64,000 nucleotides of DNA from a bacterium (GTDB lineage Bacteria > AUK180): positions 1,259-65,258 of the forward strand of contig JAGLWT010000014.1 of NCBI GenBank assembly GCA_023133295.1. Direction: 5' to 3'. The notes beneath the pieces were generated by a model, which was not told the DNA's origin, made no database searches, and saw only the letters and a program-made list of their open reading frames with translations. Positions 18,821 to 29,974 of the stretch are shown here, piece by piece (position 1 is the first letter of the stretch; every line of letters starts with the position of its first letter). The translations under genes and the position numbers were made by a program.

Positions 18821-19750
18821 TTATACAAACCTCTTAAAATATTCTATGGCTTCCTGAAGTCCTTGTTCGATCGCGATCTCCGGCTTCCATTTCAATATTT
18901 TTATCGCCTTTGAAATATCCGGCTGTCTTATCTTCGGGTCATCCACAGGGAGTTCCTTATATTCGAATCCCGCGGTATTTTTAATTAGCGAGTTAACGAT
19001 CTCTCCGAATTCCTTTATCGTCATTTCATGAGGATTGCCAAGATTGATCGGGCCCGGATCATTTGAATTCATCATTGCGATGAGTCCGCGAACAAGATCG
19101 GAAACATAGCAGAATGATCTAGTCTGTTTTCCATCTCCGAATATAGGCAGCGGTTCATTTTTCAGAGCGCCTATGCAGAAGGCGGGAACTACTCTCCCAT
19201 CGTAGGGGCGCATATTAGGGCCGTAAGTATTGAAGATCCTAACGATATGTGTATTAACGCCATGAAATCTGCGGTACGCTTCCACCATCGATTCCGCATA
19301 GCGCTTTGCTTCATCATAAACACCTCTCGGGCCGATCGGGTTCACATTTCCCCAGTAATCCTCTTTTTGAGGATGAACCAGCGGATCTCCGTAAACTTCG
19401 GAGGTTGAGGCCATCAAAAGAGCGGCATTGTGTCTCATTGCCATTCCCAGGGCGGTATATGTGCCCAATGCTCCGACCTTAAGCGTTTGAATGGGAAGCT
19501 TCAGGTAATCGATGGGCGAGGCAGGGGACGCAAGGTGATAGATCCGATCAATCTTATCTGAAAGAAAGATGGGCTTTGAAACATCGTGTTGAATGAAACT
19601 GAAATTTTTTCTGGGCAGCAAAAGGCGAATGTTCTCAATATTACCGGTGATCAGATTATCGATCACAATTACATCATGTCCCTGATCAAGCAATGTCCGG
19701 GACAGATGGGAGCCGATAAATCCGGCCCCCCCCGTAATAATTATTCTCAT
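18821..19750 (-). CDS. UDP-glucuronate decarboxylase (UDP-xylose synthase), SDR family
   Basis: [10 protein letters not shown] Rossmann motif and YDEAKR catalytic motif. The length and pattern match UXS. Confidence 0.7.
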   Translation of the reverse strand: MRIIITGGAGFIGSHLSRTLLDQGHDVIVIDNLITGNIENIRLLLPRKNFSFIQHDVSKPIFLSDKIDRIYHLASPASPIDYLKLPIQTLKVGALGTYTALGMAMRHNAALLMASTSEVYGDPLVHPQKEDYWGNVNPIGPRGVYDEAKRYAESMVEAYRRFHGVNTHIVRIFNTYGPNMRPYDGRVVPAFCIGALKNEPLPIFGDGKQTRSFCYVSDLVRGLIAMMNSNDPGPINLGNPHEMTIKEFGEIVNSLIKNTAGFEYKELPVDDPKIRQPDISKAIKILKWKPEIAIEQGLQEAIEYFKRFV

Positions 19751-21039
19751 ATACCCATTCCGATATATGTCAGCCCGTTCTCGTCCATATCATCTCTTGA
19801 GTACATATTTCTACCGTCAATGATCAGCGGAGTTTTCAAGCGTTTCTTGATCTCGCTCAGATTAACCTGTCTGAATTCCTTCCAATCGGTAATAATCAGC
19901 AGCGCGTCCGCGTCGTTGAGCGTATCGTAAGCATCCTTTACATAATTTACGCTCTCAGGGAGAAGTACCGCGGCATTCTCCTGCGCTATGGGATCATAAG
20001 CAAACACCTCCGCGCCGTCATTCAAAAGCCAGGGTATTATGTCCAGTGCGGGTGATTCACGCACATCATCGGTATTATCCTTGAAAGCAAGGCCCCATAC
20101 GGCTATCTTCTTTCCCTTTAGGTCTCCGAGCTCTTTCTTGATCTTGGCATAGTAAACCTTTCTTTGGTCGTGATTGACCTCGACGACTTTCTTGAGTATC
20201 TTGAATTCATAATTGAGTTTGTCGGCAATATCAATTAGCGCGAGCGTATCCTTGGGGAAACATGAACCGCCGTAGCCTATTCCGGCGTTTAAAAATTTAC
20301 CGCCGATCCTGGTGTCAAGTCCCATTCCGTATGCCACCTCTCGAACATTGGCGCCGACCTTGTCGCAAATATTGGAGATCTCATTGATAAAAGAGATCTT
20401 AGTGGCCAAAAATCCATTAGAAGCGTATTTTATCAGCTCCGCCGAAAGGATATTAGTTTTTATGATCTTATCTGTGAGAGGGCCGTACAGCTTTGCGATG
20501 ACCTCGGCCGCTTCTTTCTTGTCAGAGCCCACTACCACCCTTTCAGGATACATGAAATCGTTTACCGCACTTCCTTCCTTGAGAAATTCAGGATTTGACA
20601 CAACAGCGAAAAGATCCTCAGAAATATTTTCCTCAATAAGCAATTGTTTTACATAATTCCCTGTCCCTACAGGAACGGTTGACTTATTTACTATGATCAC
20701 TTTATGATCGATAGCGGGGGCAAAGTGTTTGATCGCGCTCACGAGATAGCTCAGGTCCGCTGACCCGTCATCGGCCTGAGGTGTTCCTACCGCTATGTAG
20801 ATTATTGAGCTTTCCTTTACCGCTTCTTTGGAATCTTCGGTGAAGGTCAATCGGCCTTCTTTGATATTCTTCTTCAGAAGCTCGGTCAATCCGGGCTCGT
20901 ATATAGGGGATTCCCCATTTCTCAATTTCTTGAGTTTTTCAACATCAACATCGACTCCAATAACATGATTTCCCAATTCAGCGAAACATGTAGCCGTGAT
21001 CAGGCCGACATAGCCTGTACCAATGACCGTTATCTTCAT
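19747..21039 (-). CDS. ugd: UDP-glucose 6-dehydrogenase
   Basis: [13 protein letters not shown]-terminus and GGSCFPKD active-site motif. GGAGG ribosome-binding site before the ATG at 21039; the ORF-track start at 21051 is a TTG. Confidence 0.8.
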   Translation of the reverse strand: MKITVIGTGYVGLITATCFAELGNHVIGVDVDVEKLKKLRNGESPIYEPGLTELLKKNIKEGRLTFTEDSKEAVKESSIIYIAVGTPQADDGSADLSYLVSAIKHFAPAIDHKVIIVNKSTVPVGTGNYVKQLLIEENISEDLFAVVSNPEFLKEGSAVNDFMYPERVVVGSDKKEAAEVIAKLYGPLTDKIIKTNILSAELIKYASNGFLATKISFINEISNICDKVGANVREVAYGMGLDTRIGGKFLNAGIGYGGSCFPKDTLALIDIADKLNYEFKILKKVVEVNHDQRKVYYAKIKKELGDLKGKKIAVWGLAFKDNTDDVRESPALDIIPWLLNDGAEVFAYDPIAQENAAVLLPESVNYVKDAYDTLNDADALLIITDWKEFRQVNLSEIKKRLKTPLIIDGRNMYSRDDMDENGLTYIGMGI

Positions 21040-21064
21040 ACATTCCTCCAAAATATTTTAACCA

Positions 21065-22468
21065 TTAATATGCTCCCTTGGAGCTGAGTATTGCGGGTAT
21101 TGTTTTCAAAATTATCTTAATATCAAGCCACATTGACCAATGTTCAACATAGAAGATGTCCAATTTTACCATATCGTCAAAGCTTAATTCGCTTCTTCCG
21201 GAAACCTGCCATAATCCGGAGATGCCTTGCTTAACACTAAGGCGTTCATTATGCCAGGGCAGGTATTCCTCCACTTCTGATGGTACCGGAGGCCTGGGTC
21301 CGACGATAGACATCTCACCCTTGAAGACATTAAGAAATTGCGGTATTTCGTCGATAGAGAACTTCCGTATAAATTTCCCGACTATGGTTATTCTGGGATC
21401 ATTCTTTATCTTGAAAGTAGGCCCGTCCGTCTGTTCATTGAGATGCTTAAGATCTTCCTTGATCTTTTCCGCATCCGCTACCATGGAACGGAATTTCCAG
21501 CATTTGAAGATCCGTCCGTTCTTTGTTACTCGGAGTTGCGAGAAAAGAACGGGTCCCTTTGAGTTGATCTTAATAGCGATAGCAAGTAAGAGAAAGAACG
21601 GTGAACCGATGAGAAGGAAAAGAGAAGAAAATGTGATATCCATTACCCTCTTTAGAGCGAGATTCAAACCCTGTATCGGGGAAGGGCTTATCGTCAGGGT
21701 GGGAACGCCGTATATTTCAGTGACAGAGATCTTAGACGCCAACAATTCAAATAAAGACGAAGCGATTATTACATGAGTACCATGCTTCATCGCGGTATGG
21801 ATGATATCGATCTTGTCCACATCATTAATGCGGTCATCAGCGATCATTAATTCAGATATCCCATACTGTTTAATAAGCCTTGAGAGATCCTTCAATCCGC
21901 CCAGCGTTTTCTTTCGTTTTTTCCCGTCCAATGAGATATATCCAATGAAGTGCATTCCATGAGAAGGGTAATTCCGTAATTTGCTTTCAATGTCTTTTCC
22001 GGTTTCAGTGAAACCGATTATCGCGATATTCCTTACTCCGAATCCCTTGGAATAAAGAAATATCTCAAATCGGCTGAAAAAGAAATGGAAGAAGAAAATG
22101 GAGATGAAAGTGAATGTGAACCATAACAATAGAACTGTTCTTGAAAAAAGAAAGCCCTTTGAAAAGAAGATAAAAAATATGGTGATCAGGAAAGCGACAC
22201 CGATTCCGTTAAAGACATACTTGAGTTCGTCCAGGGAGAAAAAAGCTCTGCGGTGCCTGTAAACTCCGGTTATCAGAAAGGAGAAGAGTTTAATGAAAAG
22301 CACTATGAAGAAGAGTTCAAAATATTCCATGAAATTGAGTTCCGAACTATTCAGGATCTCATTATGTCGAAGCAGATATGAAAGGTGATAGGCGAAATAG
22401 ACAATGAAGCCATCCAGAAGGATCTTGATACCGGTCAATAAGTGTCTCTGGAAGATCTTTCTTTTCAT
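21065..22468 (-). CDS. Undecaprenyl-phosphate sugar phosphotransferase (WbaP/EpsB-like bacterial sugar transferase)
   Basis: N-terminal TM helices and the C-terminal Bac_transf domain …GPRPP…QGISGLWQVSGRS…. Confidence 0.75.
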   Translation of the reverse strand: MKRKIFQRHLLTGIKILLDGFIVYFAYHLSYLLRHNEILNSSELNFMEYFELFFIVLFIKLFSFLITGVYRHRRAFFSLDELKYVFNGIGVAFLITIFFIFFSKGFLFSRTVLLLWFTFTFISIFFFHFFFSRFEIFLYSKGFGVRNIAIIGFTETGKDIESKLRNYPSHGMHFIGYISLDGKKRKKTLGGLKDLSRLIKQYGISELMIADDRINDVDKIDIIHTAMKHGTHVIIASSLFELLASKISVTEIYGVPTLTISPSPIQGLNLALKRVMDITFSSLFLLIGSPFFLLLAIAIKINSKGPVLFSQLRVTKNGRIFKCWKFRSMVADAEKIKEDLKHLNEQTDGPTFKIKNDPRITIVGKFIRKFSIDEIPQFLNVFKGEMSIVGPRPPVPSEVEEYLPWHNERLSVKQGISGLWQVSGRSELSFDDMVKLDIFYVEHWSMWLDIKIILKTIPAILSSKGAY

Positions 22469-24678
22469 TCTATCGTTTTTTCAAGGTCACAGTGAATAGC
22501 AATCTCCTCTCCGGGCGAAACATTGATCTCTCGGGTGCATGGCAAGAATCCGTTTTTGTGAATAACGATCTTGTGATAGCCCGCTTTCAATGGCATCGCC
22601 TGTTGAGGTGTAGTCATCATTTGAACATCATCGACATAAATATCCGCTTGAGGGGGATAAGAGGTGATGAATGCGTGAGCATAGATCTTGGAAAAATTAT
22701 ATGTAATGGTTTGGGACTTGTCAAGATTATATGAAACCTGCTGCTGAACATCATTGTCCGGGTAGAGGAAAGTAAAGTCATACTTACCCGCCTGCATTCG
22801 TTTGGTAAAACTTGATTCCTTATTACAGATACCGATCTGTTTGCCCTTTGCACTTACGATCCCCCAGGGAACTATCCTGAATGTGACATTAATGAACTTG
22901 GGTTCCAGAGCTATCGTATAGGTTTTCGAATCACCTGAGAATGTGATGATCTTCTCAATTCCTTCATATCCCGATTTTTTAAGCTTGATCGTATGGCTCG
23001 CGGTCTCTTTATCCGGATTATACGAATATATGTAGGGAGATTCCTGAGAAAGAAGCTGATCATTGATGTACAGCATTGCGTCCTTGGGGTCGAATTTGAA
23101 AGTGACCGTAGAGGTCTTATCCTCCAAATTGATCGAATGAGGAATGGTATTGGTGTTCCTTACGAATATTTTCTTTGTGACATTCTGATACCCGCTTGTG
23201 GAAAAAACCAGATTATAGTCAATATATGACATGATATCTATTGAGTAAATACCCGTGGACTCCTCATGTGTAGCTATGATAGTATCGTTTCCTGCCATAT
23301 TGACAAGCAGCGGAGCGGGGTTTGAACGGAAGATGTATTTCACGGGCAAACTCGGAGATGAGACATCGATCTCCCGATATTTGTAATATGGCGCCAGATT
23401 AATATCAGGGAGAAAGCCCGGGCGGTACTTAAGTGTATGCTTTACCGGTGCTTTGAAAGGGAAAGCGTCAACAAAATCCCTGTAGTATGAAACAAAGAAG
23501 ATGTCAAAAAGCAATAGGGGAATAATGAGCATCAAAAGGATATTCAATATCAATGCGCCAAAACCGATACGCTTTTTTTCTTTCGGCTTCTGTTTTTTCG
23601 CCGCGCTTTTTTTGGATTTAGTTTTCCTTCTCGAACTGCCTACTACCTTGCCGGTCTCTATATCATCATTACTTTTTTCTGCTAAGTAGGGGATCTTTTG
23701 GATCTTTCGGGATAGAGAGGCTAATTCGTCAAATTCTTCCTTGATGTCTTTTTCGAACATCTTGTGCATAAGGTTCGCGACATTCAAGTCCTTAACTGGT
23801 ATCCTGTTCTCGAAAATGAAGTCCTCAAGATCCTTCTGGAAATCGGCTGCGGTCTGGTATCTTTCATCAGCCGAATATGCCAATGCTTTATTTAAAATGT
23901 TATTAAGCTGCGGGTTGATCCCGGGAACGATCTTATCAACAGCTATGAAATTCCCATTTCTTACCTTCTCAAGAATATCAACGGAGTTCCTTCCCGAGAA
24001 GCACTTCTTCAGAGTTATCATCTCATATAGAATAATCCCCATGGAGTATAGGTCGGAACGACGGTCAAGTTTTCTTCCGAAGGCCTGCTCCGGAGACATA
24101 TAGGAAACCTTTCCCTTCAAGACACCGGTTCGCGTTTCTTCTACATTATCAGCGGCTTTCGCGATCCCGAAATCGGTAACCTTTACTGACCCTTCATAAG
24201 AGACCATAATATTCTGGGGAGAAATATCCCTATGGATGATATTCAGAGGGTTTCCGTTAATATCCTTTAAGTTGTGCGCGAAATCCAGGCCCATCAGCAT
24301 TTCGGAGGTTATTTTTAATGCGATAGGGTACAGATCTTCCTTCTGTCCTGCTGCAACCCGCAGGATATCCCGAATATTCTTGCCTTTGGCATATTCCATC
24401 ACTATAAAAAAGTGCTCTTCCTCTCCAAGGAGGTCAAAGATCTTTACAATATTCGGATGATCCAATTTGGACGACAGCTTCGCTTCCTGAACGAACATGG
24501 AGAAAAACGATTCATTCTCTCTCAAATGGTCATGGAGTTCTTTAATGGCGTAGAATTTCTCAAAACCGTGTGCACCTTTCTTGCGGGCTAAATACACCCT
24601 CGCCATTCCACCGGTCGCCAATTTTTTCAAGAATACATAGTCTTTGAAAATAATGAAATTTTCCCATCGGCGCAACAT
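22465..24678 (-). CDS. Hanks-type Ser/Thr protein kinase with a TM segment and C-terminal PEGA domains
   Basis: Kinase motifs (HRDISPQNIMV, DFGIAKA, SPEQ), a K-rich linker, a TM helix, then repeated PEGA-like beta units (…ADIYVDDVQMMTTP…KAGYHKIVIHKNGF). Confidence 0.7.
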   Translation of the reverse strand: MLRRWENFIIFKDYVFLKKLATGGMARVYLARKKGAHGFEKFYAIKELHDHLRENESFFSMFVQEAKLSSKLDHPNIVKIFDLLGEEEHFFIVMEYAKGKNIRDILRVAAGQKEDLYPIALKITSEMLMGLDFAHNLKDINGNPLNIIHRDISPQNIMVSYEGSVKVTDFGIAKAADNVEETRTGVLKGKVSYMSPEQAFGRKLDRRSDLYSMGIILYEMITLKKCFSGRNSVDILEKVRNGNFIAVDKIVPGINPQLNNILNKALAYSADERYQTAADFQKDLEDFIFENRIPVKDLNVANLMHKMFEKDIKEEFDELASLSRKIQKIPYLAEKSNDDIETGKVVGSSRRKTKSKKSAAKKQKPKEKKRIGFGALILNILLMLIIPLLLFDIFFVSYYRDFVDAFPFKAPVKHTLKYRPGFLPDINLAPYYKYREIDVSSPSLPVKYIFRSNPAPLLVNMAGNDTIIATHEESTGIYSIDIMSYIDYNLVFSTSGYQNVTKKIFVRNTNTIPHSINLEDKTSTVTFKFDPKDAMLYINDQLLSQESPYIYSYNPDKETASHTIKLKKSGYEGIEKIITFSGDSKTYTIALEPKFINVTFRIVPWGIVSAKGKQIGICNKESSFTKRMQAGKYDFTFLYPDNDVQQQVSYNLDKSQTITYNFSKIYAHAFITSYPPQADIYVDDVQMMTTPQQAMPLKAGYHKIVIHKNGFLPCTREINVSPGEEIAIHCDLEKTIE

Positions 24679-25421
24679 TATGCTACCCTCACTACCACTA
24701 TGGTGATATTGTCTAATCCACCCTTCTTCAATGCTTCGTTAAGCAGGATATTGGCGATCTCCTGGGGATCTTCGAAACGATTCAGAAGTTTCTGTAATGT
24801 CCTGTCCGGCACCATATCGGAAAGTCCATCGGAGCATATCACGAAAAGGTCACCCTTTGAAATATCCATTTGTGAATATTCGGGAAATATTATATCCTGG
24901 CCACCCATGGCGCGCATTATCACATTCTTCCACTTATGGGTTCTCGCCTCATGTGTGGATAATCTATTGAAGCGCAGCTGCTCATTCACCCAGGAATGAT
25001 CATATGAGATCTGAAACAATTTCCCCTCTCTGAGAAGATAATTGCGGGAGTCTCCCACATGAAAAGAAAGTACGGTATTCGGAAAGAATAAGAGGCCGAC
25101 TACAGTTGTGCCCATATCGTTGTAGGTCTTGGATTTCGCGGATTTGTCACGGATCTTCTGATTCACATCGCTAAGGATGCGGTCAAAAACTTCCATATTC
25201 TCATTGGGGATATCTTCTCCGAAAAGTGCGTGGTTCTTATTGATCTTTTCCTTCAGGACATCAACAGCAAGATTACTGGCGACCTCGCCGCCGTAATGCC
25301 CGCCCATTCCATCCGCGACGGCAAAGAAATTTTTCTTCGGCAGCACAAGAAGGCTGTCTTCATTGATCTCTCTTTTCTTTCCCCGATCCGTTACTACGCC
25401 GTACTTTAATTTGTATTTCAT
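24678..25421 (-). CDS. PP2C-family Ser/Thr phosphatase
   Basis: AVADGMGGHYGGEVAS and DGLSD motifs. Confidence 0.75.
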   Translation of the reverse strand: MKYKLKYGVVTDRGKKREINEDSLLVLPKKNFFAVADGMGGHYGGEVASNLAVDVLKEKINKNHALFGEDIPNENMEVFDRILSDVNQKIRDKSAKSKTYNDMGTTVVGLLFFPNTVLSFHVGDSRNYLLREGKLFQISYDHSWVNEQLRFNRLSTHEARTHKWKNVIMRAMGGQDIIFPEYSQMDISKGDLFVICSDGLSDMVPDRTLQKLLNRFEDPQEIANILLNEALKKGGLDNITIVVVRVA

Positions 25422-25422
25422 A

Positions 25423-27444
25423 TTATTCCTTGATCTGGAAACTCACCTCTATTCTACGGTTCCTTGCTCTTCCTTCTTTTGTGGTATTATCCGCAATAGG
25501 ATTAGTTTCCCCGTATCCCGTGGCAGTTACTCTGGCAGGGTCGATACCGTTCTTGACCAAGAACAGCCGAACCTCATCCGCTCTGAGTTGTGAATATTTG
25601 AGATTGATTGCATCGGAGCCGGATGAATCGGTGTAAGAATAGATCTTTATCTTTCCCTTTGTCTTGTGAAGCCCGTTCAGAAGAGTGTAAAGGTCTGATT
25701 TCCCGCTTTCGGGTATCTGAGTGCTTCCGGACGCGAATCGGATATTGAGGACGACCTTGACCTGTTTCGGGTCAACATCGGAATAGTTCAAGAATTTGAT
25801 CTCATTTACCACACTTTCTTTTTCCACCTGCATTTCTTCAAGTACTTCTTCCTTCGGGACGATCGTTTCCTCTCCGATTATTTCCTCTTCAACAATGTCT
25901 TCAACCTTCCTGACTTCCTTTTTAGCAGGTGGTGTGACGGGTTTTGAGAGATTCTTTAATTCGTTCTGTGCTTCTTCTTTGATCCTCAATTCTTCGGTTT
26001 TCTGTTTCTCAGCGGCAAGTCTTTTTTCTTCTTCAAGTTTTTTAAGCCGTCTTGCTTCTTCGTCGGTCTTCTTTTTTTCCTCAAGCTTTCTCTTTTCCGC
26101 TTCCAATTGTTCCTGTTTTATTCTGGCCTGTATCTTAGCCTCCGCTTCCGGGTCCGGTTTTTCCTTCTTTACTTCTTTCTTTTCTGTCTTGTCCTCAGTC
26201 AGGTTTCCCGGCTGTTTTCTGTCTTTCTTCTTTTCCTTCTTTGCGCCGAAATCCTTTCGCAGGGCCTCTTCCTTTGTCTGAGGCCTTCGCATACCGGAGA
26301 AGGATAATGAGAATATCTGTCTGGAATCCCTGATCTGTCCGGGGAATTTCCCGAGTTCTATCGAATAGAAAGAATATGACAGATGAAATATCCAGAGATC
26401 TATATCCAAGCCGGCAGTGGGATATCCGCCGTTCAGCCCCAGATATAAATTAAATACCTTGAGTATTCGAGTTCCGAATCCGAGCTTGATATGATTAAGA
26501 AAATAATCATGAGGGGCCAATATGTCATTGAACGCCAGAGAAATAAAATTATTATCGATGATCTTTGTCATTCCCTTGATCTTCGGGAAGTATGTGATCC
26601 CGATGCTGAGATCCGGTTTTACAAAGGTAGCGGCGGTGTCGATCGTGATCGCGGCGGTGTTTTCCTCATCCATCTTTTCCGCTGTCCAGGTGAATCTCAT
26701 ACCGCCGATATTTCTCAGGGCCGCTCCCACTGTTATCAGATCATTTATTTCCACCGCCGTACCGGCATCAACGCCGAAGCCGTTTCCCGAGTATCTGACG
26801 GGAACATAGTCCAATACGGCCGGCGCGAGTTCTTTTGCCAACTCCACCTTTTCCCTGTGAATATACTTGAAAGTTGCGCCGTAGCGGAAAAGGAGCTTTC
26901 CGATCTTCAATTTACCCGCGATCCCTAGAGGTATAAGGATGTCGCCCATGGCAAGTGCGGAGATAGAGGAGGAAATAGGCGGCATCACGCCGCGCTGTAT
27001 GTCTGTTGCCAGATTCAATGTCATATTCAGGCCGAAGAGCGTCTGTAATCCCCATCTGTCGGGTTTTGTTATCATCAGGAAATTCAGCGGTACCTGTATC
27101 TGTATCAGAGGGTCCTTGCTGAGAAGTTCTTCAAGCTCTTCCCATTCAAGGTCCGTCATCGGGTCAAAATCTTCTCCCTCAAAACGGTCTTTATTTTCTA
27201 AATAGAAGTCGTATAGGTCCCATGCTTCCTCATTGTATGACAATGCGGGAGAGAATACAGTGAAACCTCCGGAGTTGAAGTATGTGATATTCGCGGGATT
27301 GTAATAATATGATCCAAAAGAATAACCGTATGTGACAGCGGCTTCACCGATACTTTTTGAAAAGATATCCAATGAAGGCATCTCCGCTTCAGCAAAAAAA
27401 AGCGGCGCGGCAAGAAGCAGGAAGATAATAAGTATGCGTCTCAT
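25423..27444 (-). CDS. OmpA-family outer-membrane protein with a long K/E-rich coiled-coil linker
   Basis: Signal peptide and an N-terminal beta-rich domain. A ~170-aa KE-rich low-complexity region. C-terminal OmpA/MotB peptidoglycan-binding domain (…TDSSGS…NLKYSQLRADEV…NRRIEV). Confidence 0.65.
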   Translation of the reverse strand: MRRILIIFLLLAAPLFFAEAEMPSLDIFSKSIGEAAVTYGYSFGSYYYNPANITYFNSGGFTVFSPALSYNEEAWDLYDFYLENKDRFEGEDFDPMTDLEWEELEELLSKDPLIQIQVPLNFLMITKPDRWGLQTLFGLNMTLNLATDIQRGVMPPISSSISALAMGDILIPLGIAGKLKIGKLLFRYGATFKYIHREKVELAKELAPAVLDYVPVRYSGNGFGVDAGTAVEINDLITVGAALRNIGGMRFTWTAEKMDEENTAAITIDTAATFVKPDLSIGITYFPKIKGMTKIIDNNFISLAFNDILAPHDYFLNHIKLGFGTRILKVFNLYLGLNGGYPTAGLDIDLWIFHLSYSFYSIELGKFPGQIRDSRQIFSLSFSGMRRPQTKEEALRKDFGAKKEKKKDRKQPGNLTEDKTEKKEVKKEKPDPEAEAKIQARIKQEQLEAEKRKLEEKKKTDEEARRLKKLEEEKRLAAEKQKTEELRIKEEAQNELKNLSKPVTPPAKKEVRKVEDIVEEEIIGEETIVPKEEVLEEMQVEKESVVNEIKFLNYSDVDPKQVKVVLNIRFASGSTQIPESGKSDLYTLLNGLHKTKGKIKIYSYTDSSGSDAINLKYSQLRADEVRLFLVKNGIDPARVTATGYGETNPIADNTTKEGRARNRRIEVSFQIKE

Positions 27445-28541
27445 ATAACGCCCCCCGAGTCCTCATCAATGACACCATCACTGTCATTATCCCTTCCGTC
27501 TATGTCTTCCTCGTCTACGCCCCAGTCACCGCCTTCCCATTCTCCTCCCGTGGATGTGAACCATCCCGCGTTAAGAGGAAAGGTGAGGGCGTTCACCCTG
27601 TCCCATGTCCAGGGTGTATCCGTCGCATCGTCGATGAAGCCGTCTCCGTCCGTATCCGTCCATACCATAGTATCGGCGACGGCATCCTCATTTACATCCA
27701 GCCAATCATCATCATTGTCCTTTTCGTCCTTATAGCGGTAGAAAGCTATACGCCGGGAAACGGAATTGGCGATGGAGTTGATCTCATTGAGCATCTCCGG
27801 GTCTTCGTCATCCAATTCCAATGCTTCAACGGCATAATTGATAGCGGTGGTTGATTTGTGTATATAATAAATGACATCATCAATGCGAGCGTTGAGATTG
27901 TTTACGATGGTGTTCTTTTCCCCCGCGGTCAATCCTCCGGTGGCAAAGAGTTCGAAACCGTAAACATTCATGTCCTTTCCCAGATAGAGAACTTCATGGG
28001 ATTCTATGAAATTTCCATTGCCGTCCATATCATAGATCTGAAGTGATCCCAAAAGTAATGAAGTAAAAGCTATATTTAGATTTGTTTCTCCATCTCTTGG
28101 GGAGAGATCACAGCCTCCGTTGAGGATGGGAGTGAGGTCGGTGTCCACGGTGAACGCTCCGTCTCTGTAAAGAGCGCACCTATTTCTTGGAAACAGGCTT
28201 TCCGTATCAGCAACGGTCTCATCGGAAAGATCGAGATCCTTGTAAAGATCCAGAATGTTGATCTCCTTAAGTGCGATGTATGCCGCGGAATGTCCGAGTC
28301 TCGCCGCTCCGGAATGGGGGTAGTCCTCCATGGCTTTACCGTAATACTCTTCGGCCTTCTCAAAATCAAGATTTTCCATCGCGGCCTTTCCGTCCCATAA
28401 AAGAGAATCCAGAGAGGTATCTGAATCTGCATTATGAAATGGAGAAAATAAATTTGCCTTACATCCGGCAAATAATACAAAGGCGATCAGCCCTGTTAAG
28501 ATCAGCATCTTTCTTATTTTCATTGTTCTCCTCTTTCCCAT
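27441..28541 (-). CDS. Lipoprotein with C-terminal Asp-rich thrombospondin-type-3-like calcium-binding repeats
   Basis: Signal peptide with lipobox (FAGC). Repeats DTDGDGFIDDATD and DNDSDGVIDEDSGG. Confidence 0.5.
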   Translation of the reverse strand: MGKRRTMKIRKMLILTGLIAFVLFAGCKANLFSPFHNADSDTSLDSLLWDGKAAMENLDFEKAEEYYGKAMEDYPHSGAARLGHSAAYIALKEINILDLYKDLDLSDETVADTESLFPRNRCALYRDGAFTVDTDLTPILNGGCDLSPRDGETNLNIAFTSLLLGSLQIYDMDGNGNFIESHEVLYLGKDMNVYGFELFATGGLTAGEKNTIVNNLNARIDDVIYYIHKSTTAINYAVEALELDDEDPEMLNEINSIANSVSRRIAFYRYKDEKDNDDDWLDVNEDAVADTMVWTDTDGDGFIDDATDTPWTWDRVNALTFPLNAGWFTSTGGEWEGGDWGVDEEDIDGRDNDSDGVIDEDSGGVI

Positions 28542-29974
28542 TTTAGTATCGGGTTTCTCGCTGCCTGTGTTTCATCCAGTCTCCTCACGGGTGTTTTGGT
28601 GGGAGCATTTTTCAGAAGCTCCGGTGAATCATTACACTCTCCGGCGATCTTTGTCATTACTTGAATGAAACGGTCCAGCGATCTTTTACTTTCTGTCTCG
28701 GTCGGCTCCACCATGATCGCCTCTTTCACGGTTAACGGGAAATAGACGGTAGGGGCGTGCAGGCCGTAGTCCAGAAGTCTCTTAGCTATATCAAGGGTTC
28801 TTATCCCTTTGTCTTTTTGAAAGGAGTTATCGAACACGCATTCGTGTTTGCAGAGCCCCTTGAAATGGAGATGATAATGCTTCTCCAATGATACTTTGAC
28901 ATAATTAGCGTTCAGAACCGCTATATCCGTGGCATCTTTGAGCCCCTCAACTCCGAGGGCCATCATATAGACGAGGGCTTTCAGGATAACGCCGATATTG
29001 CCGTATCCTTCTGTCATCCTTCCGACAGAGCGGGGGATATTATCTTCCATATGGAATGTGCCGTTCTGATCCTTCCCGATCACGGGTACGGGTAAATACT
29101 CCGTCAGCTTACCGCTGACACAGATCGGCCCCGCGCCGGGCCCTCCCATGCCGTGGGGCGTGGAAAAGGTCTTATGAAGATTGAAGTGCATGATGTCCAC
29201 ACCGATCTCGCCGGGTTTGACATGACAGAGCATCGCGTTCATATTGGCTCCGTCCATATAGACCAGGCCGCCTCTTTCATGTACGATCTGCGCGACCTTC
29301 TTGAAATTTGAGTCAAATATGCCCAGTGTATTGGGCTGTGTCATCATGATCCCAGCGACCGATTCGTCCATTGCCTCTTTGAGCGCTTTCAGATCGATGT
29401 CTCCATTCTCGTCGGAGGGGATCTCTACGGGTTGGAAGCCCGCCATGATGGCCGATGCGGGATTTGTGCCGTGTGCGGAATCAGGGATAAGCATCTTGGT
29501 TCTTATTTCATTTCTATCATTGAAATACTTTGCGAATATAAAATTTCCCGCCAATTCACCGTGAGCTCCGGCGGCCGGCAGAAGAGAAACTCCGGGAAGG
29601 CCGGATATCTCCTTAAGATACTCGCCGGCTGTATAAAGAAGCTCCAGCATTCCCTGGACAGTTGTCTCGGGAAGCATCGGATGGAGAGAGGCGAATCCTC
29701 TGAAGGATGCGATCTCTTCATTGATCTTGGGATTGTATTTCATCGTACATGAGCCCAAGGGGTAGAAATTGGCGTCGATCGAGAAATTCAGCTTGGAAAG
29801 ATTGGTGTAATGACGAACTATATCCAATTCACCAACCTGAGGAAGATCAGCCTTTTCGGATGCCAGAAGGGTTTTTTCGATCATGGGTGTCTCATTGAAT
29901 TCTTCATGACCCAGGAAGATATTCTCTACACCGCGGGAGGACATTTCAAAGATCAGCTCTCTGGTCTTATCCAT
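28520..29974 (-). CDS. gcvPB: Glycine dehydrogenase (decarboxylating) subunit 2
   Basis: Strong similarity to GcvPB throughout, including the PLP-lysine region …HFNLHKTFSTPHGMGGPG…. Confidence 0.85.
   Translation of the reverse strand: MDKTRELIFEMSSRGVENIFLGHEEFNETPMIEKTLLASEKADLPQVGELDIVRHYTNLSKLNFSIDANFYPLGSCTMKYNPKINEEIASFRGFASLHPMLPETTVQGMLELLYTAGEYLKEISGLPGVSLLPAAGAHGELAGNFIFAKYFNDRNEIRTKMLIPDSAHGTNPASAIMAGFQPVEIPSDENGDIDLKALKEAMDESVAGIMMTQPNTLGIFDSNFKKVAQIVHERGGLVYMDGANMNAMLCHVKPGEIGVDIMHFNLHKTFSTPHGMGGPGAGPICVSGKLTEYLPVPVIGKDQNGTFHMEDNIPRSVGRMTEGYGNIGVILKALVYMMALGVEGLKDATDIAVLNANYVKVSLEKHYHLHFKGLCKHECVFDNSFQKDKGIRTLDIAKRLLDYGLHAPTVYFPLTVKEAIMVEPTETESKRSLDRFIQVMTKIAGECNDSPELLKNAPTKTPVRRLDETQAARNPILKWERGEQ

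Noticed and set aside
21156-21776. 206-aa + strand ORF (plus 21338..21562)
   Set aside because: Antisense to the well-supported WbaP-like sugar transferase gene. No homology and no ribosome-binding site.
25796-26281. 161-aa Ser/Phe-rich ORF on the + strand (plus 26107..26307)
   Set aside because: It is antisense to the Lys/Glu-rich coiled-coil region of the OmpA-family gene. Low-complexity mirror ORFs like this arise automatically opposite KE-rich coding sequence.
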